The position numbers and the translations under genes were made by a program. Positions 22,246 to 35,706 of a stretch of 64,000 nt of DNA are shown here, piece by piece; within the stretch, counting starts at the first letter, position 1; every line of letters starts with the position of its first letter. A model generated the notes under the pieces. That model did no database searches. It was not told the DNA's origin and saw nothing but the letters and a program-made list of their open reading frames with translations. Source of the DNA: Kudoa neothunni (lineage: Eukaryota; Animalia; Cnidaria). The stretch spans positions 7,349,779 to 7,413,778 of the forward strand of contig OZ199839.1 of the NCBI GenBank assembly GCA_964304625.1, given 5' to 3'.

Positions 22246-25200
22246 ATTAATATTTTAGGTGTCCCCGACCAATACGAGATTTTATACAATCAAACTGCGA
22301 TTTGTTGCAATCAGCGAGAGATTTATTTGAAACTATCAATGAGGTATTTTCACAACAAAAGTGAATTTTGTTGTTGCTATTGTGAAAACTATTGCAATCA
22401 ATGCATAATTTTTGTGATCCATGTGAAATTTGTTACTACCAACATAAGATTCAAGTGAATAACATGAGATTGAACTGCCGCCAGAAACTGTTTAAAATCT
22501 ACTTTAATAATGTAATAATCGAATATTAAATAGACGAGAATTATTTTTGATCGATTTTGCTTCGATTTTTTGGTCCGTTAAATCAATAACATCATTCCGT
22601 GAAAAACTAGACATATTAGTTAAAGTAATATAATTGAGATATTAGAAAATGATTTATTCGTCTGGCCTCTGATGATTAAATTATTTAACACCAACGGGAT
22701 CTTATTTATCTGCGATAAGAAATATAACTCGTGATCGTGGGAATCAAAAGTATTGTTAGAGTATACAACGGAGGGTATACGCATTTTCGGCAATGCAAAC
22801 GACCCGTATGTTAATATTCAAAGAAAACCTGATATTCTTACAATTCTCTGAGTTCATTTCTTATTTTAAAAATTTTATATGACTATTACATAAGATATCT
22901 GCTAAAAAATAATGTTTAGTAAATATTTTAACATCTCTTAAAATGAACGATTTTGTTTATTTATGCATGTTTTATGTTCAGGTCCAATTGTGACTTATCT
23001 TAAAAGCTTAGATTTAGCTTTTGGTTAGCGAAAAATATAGAATTAGATAAGGCAAGAGAATTACTGATTAAAATTGATATTTAGAGGAATTTGCTTGTAG
23101 TTTGCAAAACGTTTTAACCTATAGAAGGAGATTACTCTATATAATTGATAAAAAATACTAATTTCTGCGAAAAAAAATATTTTCAAGTTTGTATCATTAT
23201 TTTTCATTAAAATAAACAGAAAAACGTGGAATAAGATTATTAAACTAAATGCTTAGTGAATATGAAAGGTGTATTTTTAAATTATCTACTAGCTTGTGTA
23301 AAAATTAAATGCAATAAGGGGATATTCAACAATTTAAAAACTTTCAGAGCGTTCCAAGTATGAACCCTAAATGTCTACTGACTTTTAACTTAAGTAGAAA
23401 TAAAACTCAATGTTGGATTGATCCACATTTCAAGCTTATTTTGTTAAGTATCTCAATAACGTTCTAAAAATGACTATTATATGAAAATAGTCTCATTATT
23501 TCAATGTTTAAATGCCTCAATTCTTTTTTAAATCTAAAAGGAAAATGTATAGCAATTAAAAATTAATTTAAACAAACATCGATTCGATGGCAGAAAAGAC
23601 AACTTTTATGAATCGTACGAAGACATAAACGTTATTTTGGATCTTTAAAAGAACAAAATTAACCGGATTATATAACATAAAACGCGTTTTAAAATTCAAT
23701 CAAAAAATTGTAAATTATAGAAACCAGACGTTATGAATATAGATAAATTAGATGAGACTAACACTATTATAATGGGGTTATTAATTAGATATTATCTACA
23801 CCAAGTTATTCCCAATTGAATTTTATTATTCCAATCAATTTTTCATACATAACACAAAAACGTTACCCCTGAAAGATTTACCCTTTCGCTCCTTGGGCTT
23901 ATGATAGTAAACCGTATAACTTTTTTTGTAAACAAAAATATTTAATAAATTTTTGTGTTAAGTTCTAATTTTTAATGCATTGAGAATTAATACTATTTTA
24001 ATTTACAGCCACAGGCATGGTGTAAAAATTTTGGTAACATTTTTTTCACCATTACAGAACCCTCTCTGTTCGCGTCCTGAGTGAAGTGAGCGTGGACCCC
24101 AAATCCGATTAAATTAAACCTAGTTTTGGATCAACACATTCAAAGCATCCATAAATTTAGGAATTCCTCTAAAAATTTAAAGCACTTGGATCGGTTTAAA
24201 AATATTACATTTAAAAAAATTAATATCGGAATAATATTAATGATTTTGGTGTCTACAAACAAAAGTACATTTCGATTTTAAAGAAAGCGTATATATCTCG
24301 AGAAAATATATTTTTCTCTTATATTTGAAGATTTGAAGATGTAATATTTCATTGGGTAAATGATGATTCTAAGCATATCTTAGAATTTCACCGTGGATTA
24401 CCGAGCATTAATCCAAAAATAACTTTTCTTATTTTCGGATTTATTATTCGTTATTATAAACTTGTTACTAGAAGGATCTCAGTTGTTCCTCTGTAAAACT
24501 TTCAATTTTTATGATTTTTAGAGAGAATCAATAATGTAATTTAAAAATCGTGGGATTTTCGGTCATTTCACTTAACTCTATAATTATGAAAACCTACTGC
24601 TCATATTATTAAATTTGCAAGATAAAAATTTTTAAAACAGAGAAAGCTAAAGATTACATCTGAAATAACGCGACATACCTAGCGTTTTCAAATATCAAAT
24701 TATGAATGACAAAAAAGAATGTATAACTCAAATTTTCAGCGTTAATTTGAACGTCACCTTTTATATATACTTTAGAAATTACGTTATACTCGCTACATCC
24801 AAGACACCTTTATTCAATTTAATCCTTTCATAGTTAAATTGTCGTCCCCCGATTTTATACGATAACGCTGCCGCCATCCACTCGGATCAATTTTACTTGC
24901 GATTTCCTCTTTTAAAGGGTCCTCATTTTCCGAACTACCTTGTTTTCAGATGAAATATATTCAGTTTTAATTGTTGTACAATTAAATTCTTCCTTAATTT
25001 TAAATAGCCAATTTTGGTGCATTATGGGACATTGTTTTGTAGCCTAATAACGGTTCATAATTAATTTAATTTCCTATGCATAACATCTTATAAATAATTG
25101 AAAAATTGTTTTAAAGCATGGTACAAGGAAATTAAAAGCCATTTAGGTAGTTTTTTTCGGCACAGAACAGGAAGGGGTTCATGTAGGAACTGAAATATTA

Positions 25201-28200
25201 TTTTATCATTTTTAAAATCAATTCTCTGAGTATAATTTAAAAAAATATCTTTCATCTCTTCGGATTTAGATATTATACTAAATATCTTTAATTCAATATA
25301 TCAAGTTAAATGAAGTTAACCAAAAAACCATGCCGCCATGACAATAAGCATTGAGTGATTTCATCGAATACTTTTAAGTATAGCGTCTCACCATATTAGT
25401 TTTCATCGGCATTAATGAGGATACTAATTGCACTTTAAAAGTTGCTAACAATACAACCAGAGACATCCTAGACGAATGATTGTAGAGACTGTGGAGGATG
25501 AATCTATACTTTGAGTTGGATACAACTGATTGGCGGAGTTTGGATTTTTTTATACAAATTATTCACAAACGAATCTTATCTCCAAAAAATCCACACAAAT
25601 GTGATGATTAAGAATCCTGAAATTTTGTATTTTGATGCTACGGATTTTTTATATTTGAACCCTTTCGTTCCGAAATTAATTTGTGTGTGCCCTAAAGATA
25701 GTATATTATGTAAAAATGGTTAATTATAACAATTTCAAAAGTTAATACATTTAAAATAATTTTTATCAGCCATCAACCTCAAATTATATAAAAAATGCAA
25801 ATTAAATAAAAATCCTATTCTCACACATCATAACCATGTATTGATTTCACGCCTACATTAAAACACATAAAAGATTTATTTTGTATCTAATTTGTGGACA
25901 ATTTCTCGATATAATCCATATGCTTACATCAATAATTTTTTGGTGCATGTACGTCAATATTGATGTCAATTCTTCTTTTTCATAACTATTCCATAAAAAA
26001 AAATTTTTAAGTTTTTAATATTCAAAAAATCAATTGAGTTTTAGTATATATATTTCTTCTGAAGTAAATATATTATATAGTAATAAATAATGTCAATAAC
26101 GATTTATTTTCTAATATACACAATAATTATTGCATCACTTTTTTAAATTATTATCTCAACTTTTTAAATACAGTAGTACAGTAATTAACCGATTTTTCAC
26201 AGGTTTGTAAATATTACAATAAACGTTTTAGAAACATTTTAATTCCCTTCTGTTATAACGTTTGTGAAATTATAAATCAATAAAACGTTTTTATCCCTGT
26301 TTTTTCGACAAAACGTGGATTAACCGAGATTGCGTACATTTTTTCCGCCTTTGATCCTATTTTTTCTCTGATGAGCACGTAATAAAAATAATTTTCCATT
26401 AGTTGGACCACAAATTTGTATAATGTATGTATATTTTCCGTCTCATTCCCCTTAAACTGTTTTTAATAATCAATGTAAACGTATTGACGAGAATTCTTTT
26501 TTTCTTAGGGTACTTGTTGCATATCCTATAATTTATATGGGTTCATAAGTGCCCTTAAATATACCATAAACTGAATGTAATATATTATTTAATATTATAA
26601 TTAGAATAAAAAGGGTGTGGAATAATATCGTTGTATAAATTTGTAGGGACAAACTAAATTTTTCATCAATGCGCGCGCGCACAGTTGCGAAAAATCGGTG
26701 GTTACTTACAATATATATCAATATTTTTAAACCATAAAAATTACACTTTAACAGAAAACCTGTATAGAATATATTTTGATTTTCCAAAAATAATTTACAA
26801 TATTTAGAATGGCATTAATTCTAATTTTTCAATTTGTATTCTATTTTTAAAATTCGCTTAAATTTTTTTAATAAAAAATTACTATAACATTTTAATACTA
26901 TTTTGGAAAAAGATTCAAAATAGAGTGCCATGGAGATGCAATTTTTTTCTCATGTTCATTCCAATGAACATTATATGCAGGAAACGACTAACAAATTCCA
27001 GGAACGAAATTAGTGCTTAACTTAAATATATTATGAATTTATTTGTTTTAAAATAACGTACGAGTAGTTCCTAATCTACGGGATTTTATCGCCCGATGAT
27101 TGATGATTACATGGATATTATGGTTTAGTTAAGTAAATTTGATGCTTGACAAAGTAAATAATATGTCCATCTCACCCAGTCACTGTAAGTTACTGTCAGA
27201 TTGTGAATTTCAATGGGAAACTTTTATTTGCAGTTTTAACAATTTTATTCATTGAATAAACAAAATAAAGCTTATTTAAACGAATAATCTAGCATATGAT
27301 AAAGAAACTATATAGAGGTACCCAATTGCTAAGATTAATGAATAAATTCAAAATATTATTATATCTATTTAGAACATGCGTTATAAACTAGAAAATTATT
27401 ATCTGTAATAATTAATTAAAAATATCGATGATACAATAATGATAGAATAGAAAGGTGTATGGCTTAATCTCGGACTGATTTCAACGTAACAAATTCTAGA
27501 TGATACGTTTGTAAAGTAGTAAACTTTGGTATTACAATCAAATAGTAAAATCTTAGTTTTATCGATTATATTTCGTAAATAATTAGTTTCATCTTAAAAT
27601 TAATATATTAATTTAGTTATTTTTTAATACAAATATTATTGTTTGTATTCAACGCTAATAATATTAATGTAATAATATCGATTTAATAAAATTACGGCTT
27701 TGCATCTTATACATAAAAACCCTCCTAATGAATTGAGATAATTTGTTGAGAGAAAGTGATTATTTGGCAAGCCCAAATAAATCAAGTTATCCAAGCTAAT
27801 AACAACATTCATTCAGATAATTAATTACTAAATTAAAATAACAACAATATCTCAAGTATTCCAATATAAACAAGTTTACAATTGGTTAAATAAACAAAAT
27901 AAATAAACGTTATGATCCTAGAATATTATTTTAAATATGTATATTTAATTTGTTGATTAAATTAAAAGACGTACTCTCAATTATTAACTAATCTAATATG
28001 ATGAAACTATTGTTTGTTTCGAGTTTCATTTGATATTATAATTTGGAGTGTGCTGAAATGTATAAATGAATACATTGTTTATCAATATAGCACGCTTATT
28101 CGCAGTGGTTGCATCGATCTTGATCTGTTACTGGGAAAACTCAAGTAGATTATGCAACAAACAAAATTAAATTTGGATGCCACTCTTTCTCCACCCATAG

Positions 28201-28390
28201 CAGTGAACTAATAACAAACGAATATATAACAAAAAACAACTTAGCAAGTGAGCATAGATCACCTGGATAGGTTATTAGGGGGATTAGGATTTGTGCGTGT
28301 TCATGGTAACCTGTTAATATCAGTCTTAGTATCTGATATATGGTATTATCGGAAACAGTTTTTGTGGGGTTGTTAAACTGTTGATTAGAG

Positions 28391-31300
28391 ATGCCGAAAA
28401 AACATCGAAAAGAGCGAAGGATACGAATCATTAAAAGCTGTATAAACAACAGAAGATATGCCACGCCATCGAACCAAAGTGTTGTTTTGGAGTGTGCCGA
28501 AAAGTTGTTTAATGGTGAATTTATTTTATCATTCTATTCGACGCACAATAACCAATCCATTTATTGTAAGAAACCGATTTGGCTCCAAAATGTCCTCTCA
28601 AAAATTACGTATATCTTCCGGGGAAGTGTTTCTACGTGGAGTCCCACCGTGACACCACTGTAAAATGTGACAAATGTGAGAAAAGATTATCAGTAATTTA
28701 CAACAAAAAAATTATCATCTATAAACTCAATTCTATGTGTTCATTTGTGTAGATTAGAGATAGCATGTATTGCTTGGAATGTGGTCATTTTGTGTGCAAA
28801 AATGATATCAGTCATCATTCGCAGAAAAACGGCACACATCAATGTTACATTGACATGTCATCTGAGGAGATATACTGTTTCCATTGTGACGCAGTTTATA
28901 ACTCTTCAATGATTATCAACTACGTGGTTGATAATGACCAACCAGACGACAATGGTTGCCACTATTTGAAGGAGGACTATCCTCCTGGTTACAACAACAT
29001 AGCTAATGGCAACAATATTATTAATAATAAAAATATGAGTCAAACCGAAGTAGTGATTCGTATATCTCCTTCACCACCAATGGTAAGTATAATCGTGACA
29101 AATTTCAATCCAGTCTATAACCTCATTTGAATTCAGGGTTTGTTTAACATGGGTAAAACTTGTTACATCAATTCCACACTTCAGGTAGCTAGAAATATAT
29201 ATATATATATATATACATAAAGGTGGAAAATTCACATTGATATAGTGTTTGGTCAATTGTTTTTCATTTGTTTCCCTTCTTGATTGGTCGAGACATTCAA
29301 CCATCCAATACGAAATGATTCCGAAACCTACTAACAGCTGTACCGACCTTTATCAGCCGTTGATTATTTCAAATCGATTCGGTCCGCCTGGAAATGTTTC
29401 GTATGAGTTGGCTCAACTTGTTGACATTTTAAAACCAACTCCACCCCATTGTCACAAAAAAATTATCAGCAATTTCGTAAAACCCGAAAATCTGATCAAC
29501 ACAATATGGAATAAGTATGTTGAAATAATTGTTTAGATTAGGATCGGTGGTTTTCTATTTAGAATGAATTCGTTTTATGCTTACACTGAGCATGATGCTC
29601 ACGAGTTTACATTGTCGCTGATTGATAGAATATGCAGTGAAGAACAGCGTCTAATTGAAATATTGACAAGCTTCAAGTTGGTTGATGCCCGAAACATGGA
29701 CAAATCACACGACATTCCACTCGATAGTTTTGATCATTTTGAAAATAATAGTTCGGAGACTCTCACCGAAAACACCTCCGATATCGAAAGTAACCCACCC
29801 CTAATACAATATTGTCATGTGTGACTCCATTGCCTAGTGAATACGAATACTAGTGAAACTTTATCGGTTGAAACGTTGGCGTCGGAATTAAAGGAATTTG
29901 ATATAAATAAAAATGACACCAACCCACCTTTGACTGATCGATCATTACTGAACAATCTACTTTTATACAAACCTAGTGCTGCAGTGATTCGTGACTACAA
30001 ACTAGTCCAGCCCAAACTCAACCAATGTTTCATGGGACGTATGGCCACTAATGTCACTTGTTTGGAGTGTAATTCAGTAAGTTTGAGTGATATTGCGATT
30101 TGTTCCAACCAATACGTATTCACATTGTTTCTCTCTTTTAGACAAGTACCACTGTGCATAATTTTATGGATATTTCCGTGAGTGTTCCTAACGAGGTAGT
30201 TTGATATTTTTGAATTAGTTAATCAATTATTTTAAAAGCAAATTTATTAAGAATGTAATTTAATTGAAGTAGATTGTAATAAACATTGAAAATTATATTC
30301 GTAAGTGCGTAAAAACCTTTAATTCGGCATATATTGTGATCGAATTTTTTTCTGTCGTCACTAGGTTCCTTATAATTCAATTTTAATTTGCTCTTCTTTT
30401 TTCCAGGTCAAGCTTTTACCTTCTATGTATGATGAAGTAATTTTCATGTTTAATTGTGAAATTTAAAATTACAAATATAAAAAATAAAATAAACGATTAT
30501 TTATAGTAGAGGATTTGAATTATTATATATTTTATGGTCGAGAAAAATTCTTATATAAGACTTGATTTTAACTAAATTTTTGTTTTAATTATTGAATATA
30601 TTTTTTCATTGGCCAATTTTTATATCGACCACTCATATTTCAATTAATTGCACTATTGTTTTTAATTAATATTACTTAAAAAATTTTTCGAATAGTTTAT
30701 TTAAATAATAATAATAATCTATTTATCTATTTCAAGAATAAATGTAGTGCAGTCGGAACTCGATTAGCCAGAATTCGCGCTATTCGGAAGATATTTTAAA
30801 TTTTATTTGGATTTTATTGAAGTTATGTGTCAATAAATGTTCGATTATTCGGAAACCGGAAGAATTATTTAATCATACTTCCGGATAAAAATAGCACCCA
30901 TCATCGTACGATATTACAATGTAGCACATATACCAATGCAATATTTAAAACAAAAATATTTCTAGATTATTTATTAATAAATTTTTTTAATTTAAGTTTA
31001 GCATCCAGTTATTATATAAATTTGCACTATACCTGAGCATATGCCTGCCTGTATGTATATTAAACAAACTTTAATTACCGATTATTTAAAAAAATAGATT
31101 ATTCCTCTATATCTATATTTGTAAAAACTGCCATAATTATGTACTGTTTTTCCTTGAATTCTCCATACTCTTGGTTAATAGATATAATAGATATGTCAAC
31201 ATTTTTAATCTAACTAGCAGAAATTAAAATATTTTAATAAATAGTAAAAAATTGATTTTAAATCAAGCAAACAATCAAAATGAGCAAAAATTTCAAATAA

Positions 31301-34300
31301 TTACGCACACACATGACATTATTTATGTTCGATTAATCGGAACGGAACCTCGCTGGTCCCAAATTTTCCGGATAATCGAGGTTCGACTGTACAATAACGT
31401 CCAATTAATGTTTGTGTAAACTTTAAAATATTTAACAAGGGACGTTTAAATTTTAAAAATTTCAAATATACTGAGTCGTAGTTGATTCTTTCGCTCCGTT
31501 TGGAAAGCTCTGTATTTTGTGGACGGGGACACACTTTACAAATTAGTATTTTTAACGACTTTGATCCCTATTTATAACGTTTGTCTTCAAAAATATGACA
31601 AAATCGTATATCAATTTTGATTTGAAAAAGTTTCTAGAGTTTAGATAGGAATAAGGTTTTTGTATAACAGCACAACGAAGAACCGCATTATGTTTTATTT
31701 TCAAAAAAACGTGATATAATTTTATATTGTAAATATTTATTGGGACAACGTTGAACAAATTCTGAGTGTTCTGGGGAATTTTTGGTTCGTGGCGAACAAT
31801 TAATAAGTCCTAATTAGATTAGTGGTTCATTTTTACTTTCTGATTTTTAAATTGATTTAAAGTGTAATCTATAAATTTAATTTTTCTTGGTGCTGGGAGT
31901 TTAAAAGGTAAAACGATCGGATTTTGGCTCCAGACTTTTAAAAATATGTACAGCTCCGTATTTCCGCCTGTTTTTAAGAATAATCTCTAATTTAATACAC
32001 AACATAAAATCTCATTATGTTTCATTAGAGAGATCTGCTTTATTTTATACAAAATACAGTAAGTTTAAGATACGTTTTATTTTTATATTTTGTTGCAGTT
32101 AATTATTTCTCATCGTTATCAGCCTAGCGAATGATCAGAAATTATTAAATCTAATCACAACTACATAGAGGGGATATAATTTTTGAAGGGAAATAGAATA
32201 GGTTCGTTCATAGTCACTACTTCAGATACAGTTAGGGAAGTTTTTCCCAATTAGGGTCATAGAAGATATTGTGTGGGTCAATTTTTTTTGGACTCGAGAT
32301 ATATTGATCCAATATAAATAATGTATTGAGTCAGGCTACTTGTTGTAGTTTTAAGAGTAAATAGCATATTTCAAGATGAACCACGGTAAAAAACTTATCT
32401 CATCATGCCACCTGAGCGACATACTCGTGTTCTAATCAAGAAATATTTTTTCTTTTTTTCATTCGTTTGCTTTTGGTGAATCTGAAACATTTTTTAAATT
32501 AAAAGCCGGCGTAAATGCATGTTGATTTTTATACTCATTAAATTATAAACACGTAACTATTAAAGTATTTCTTAATCCTATTTAATTTCATGATACACAG
32601 CGTTTTGATTTCATAATTTTTTCTATTTAGAATATTAAATAATTGAATAAAACTACTCAATAAATATTTAAATGATGAAAGAATTTCCAGAAAGTAAACT
32701 GAACATTAAAATTAAATATTAAAACTGAAATGTTGTAAATAATTTCAGTTTACTCGCAGAATTAATAACCTTAATCTAGACATTGTAAGCATTATTCATC
32801 TGAAATTACTTTACGGAAAGAATTTTGGAAATTCCTAACATTAATTTACATGAAATTAAAGATTTCTATTACTCAAAGTAATGTGCTTTTAATTATTGAT
32901 ACAAATATAATCTTCACGCCCGAACTAAATTTTTTCACCATTCTTATATATCAGTCATATTGTTTATAATCAACGAATTAAATTCTTCAAATATTTCACT
33001 TAATATCATAAAAAATTATTACAGAATTAGATTTAAGTTATGTATGATTTAATAATGATAAATATTGTTTTTATACCCAATAATATAAGTAGGTATTGGA
33101 AAACGTACTACTTTTAATTTAGGAAGATTTTAATGAATTATTTTAAAAAAATTATTTCACATATATTTTGTTAAAATTATAAAAACACAATACTAATTTT
33201 ATATAACGTATTTAATAAAGAAAGTTAAATCATCATGACAGTTGATGGGAAATAATGAATTTATATTTTTGTTTTAACTCCAAAATCAATTTAATAGAAT
33301 TAAAAACTTAGTTATTTGTTTTTACAAAAAATTTTATGTTGACAGTTCGCTATATGTAGAAAAAAAATATATTTTACACCAAGAAACCAATCTATTGTAA
33401 ATGAGACATGCGCACTTACTTGAAGTAGAGTGAACCTTCGATTATCCTGAAATTGTCTTATCTGAAAGACATTGAAAATAAAAATTTTATTTCTTTAATT
33501 TACCAAAAATCATACCACAAAATCCACCTAATATTTTGCACTTCTGGAAAAAAATTATTTATAAAAACATATTTTGTGTCCGTCGCATTGAATATGGAGT
33601 AAATATGTTAATAAATACTAGTAATTATTAAATTTTTATTGATATCATTGAGTTCGAAAAACTAATTTCTTAACAACAACAAATAATCAATACTATAATG
33701 AGACAAATTATATTCAAAATCATTAAAGAGCAAAAATGATAAGTCGATGCAGGAGTAGCTTGATGGTTGAATAATATTATTTTAATGTGAAATATTAACG
33801 TTTAAAAAGTACAGTAATATTTTTAAAGTTAATAGAGTGAAAATAATTATGATATAAGTATACAATTTAAATTATTACATATAATACTGGATTAAATATT
33901 GCTAAAAATCAACTTTTAATTCGAGTAAACATCTTCAATATTTACGTGGGCCACTGGATATTTTTTTTAAAAAGGTTGGGAAACACTGAGTTAGGGTATA
34001 AAATTTTCGAGGTAAAATTTGGTAGAAACCTACGCTGTTAAATCAAACTGTAATAATTTTAAATTTAAGGTGTAAATGAACATTTATAAATTTTTTTTAT
34101 AACTTCAATTTCTCATATATTTTCCTTTATCGCTTTGTATGTAGAAACATTCCGTCTTTTGCGAAAGATACAGCTTTTCTTTTGGTACATTACCGCAACA
34201 ATCTAATAATTCATTAACACAAGACGAAAGGTATCTCTTTTGTGGTGGCTGTTGACTGGATTTTTGATAAAGTATCAACGAATGCAAACCCGAGTCTTCG

Positions 34301-35706
34301 TTTAAGAAACTTTTTCAGAAACGAGCAAGTTCAAATAGCATTACACACCCTAAAGTAAATTGGTGTTTATTGTGATGGTCGATGTAATTTTTGAAAAGCA
34401 GAATTCGACGTTGTTAAAAACCCAAGTTGAAATCGAACAACAACAAGCGAACCCCAAAAATAATAAAAACTTTGAAAAGTATATTTTTAAATGGGCCAAA
34501 AGTGGACTAAGTTCAACAAGTAGAACAACTTCGTCAAGTAGTTCCTTTGATTCTAGCGCTTCACAGGAAAGTAACAGTCAAAACGATCTCACAACTTCCA
34601 CAACTAGGCTTCATTGTCGACCTCTAGAGAAAAATTCGGTTGCCAGCACATCTATTGATTCTAACACTCTTCTGTTTGGTTCAGCAAACGAAGATCACCA
34701 TCAGCCCCCAACATGTCCATTATCCACCGATGCTTCTATCAATACGACGGTATACTGATTTGTTTGCCGCCTCTTTCAATTGAATTTGTGATGATAGAGT
34801 CTACCACCGTCCGATTCGATCCAATCTACCGGTATTCATTTCGTTAACGTATGATGTGTTAATTATTATTTGTAGAGGATAAATCGCTCATGTTGAGAAA
34901 TGGTATTTGCTACCTTTTAGATTTGGTGTCATTGTTTTTGATTCTATACCGTCATTAAAAATTAATAATAATCACACTGATATCAGGTACCAACAAACTC
35001 ACCCATTTCAGATTTTTCTCTCAATCTTCCAATTTCCATCCGCCCAAAAGCAAAGTTAATAATGTAAGTTTTATAGTATTTCCAATTATAACAACATTGT
35101 TTATGATTTTCGTCTTTAACTAATACCATTATTCAATTAGAAACATGATTGTAGTATAACTCTGAATAGTGCCATCGCAAAATTTTTCTCTAAGCAGCAA
35201 ATGGAGGGTGACAATCTCTTCCATTGTGAAAAGTGCTCAACAAAAAACAACGGATCGAAAACACTAACCAAAGCCTGTGTGTATCATACTATCGAACATT
35301 TCCCTGAAATTCTCATCATTCAATGTAAACGTTTTGGAGGATTCTCAAGTAGCGGGTGCAATGGGAGAAATCTTAAAATCACCACTCCCATTCATGTCGA
35401 CCCTGTGACTAATTTTTCAAGCTATTCTTCCAATAATGTACGACAAATTGTCATGGCGTCCATGGCACTAAACATATAATTTATCGCTTATTGTTGTGTT
35501 TGTTTAGACCTCGCCCAACTACGAATTGATCAGTGTGATTGAACACCTTGGAGAAGTTCACAGTGGGCACTATGTTTCCTACGTTAAAACTATTCGAGGC
35601 GATTCCAATAGTTGGTATCTGGTCAACGATCACATTGTCACAAAAGTCACTTTCAATGATGTGACGCGTTCACAGGTTTATGTACTTTTTTTACCAAAAA
35701 ATCTAG
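28391..35706 (+). CDS. Ubiquitin-specific protease with N-terminal zf-UBP domain, USP16/45-like (multi-exon)
   Basis: Spliced frame gives zf-UBP (CDKC..YCLECGHFVC..HHS..THQCYID...IYCFHCD), Cys box GLFNMGKTCYINSTLQ, EHDAHEF, finger CLEC / CEKC, PEILIIQCKRF and His box VIEHLGEVHSGHYVSYVK..WYLVND. Introns are GT-AG, with one 3.9-kb intron (30196-34144). The stop at 35704-35706 assumes a 1-nt correction in T7 at 35686-35692; as given, the ORF ends at 35735. Confidence 0.88.
30750..31389. mobile_element. Tigger/pogo-derived MITE in the large USP intron
   Basis: CAGTCGGAACTCGATTAGCC at 30750 is inverted at GGATAATCGAGGTTCGACTG|TA (ends 31389). Subterminal GATTATTCGGAA-like repeats are present. Confidence 0.75.

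Noticed and set aside
33423-33990. Tigger-like left end (~33425) and Charlie-like right end (AAAAGGTTGGGAAACACTG, ~33970-33989)
   Set aside because: Single unpaired termini, so element boundaries cannot be supported. The same applies to the Tigger-like end at ~42429.
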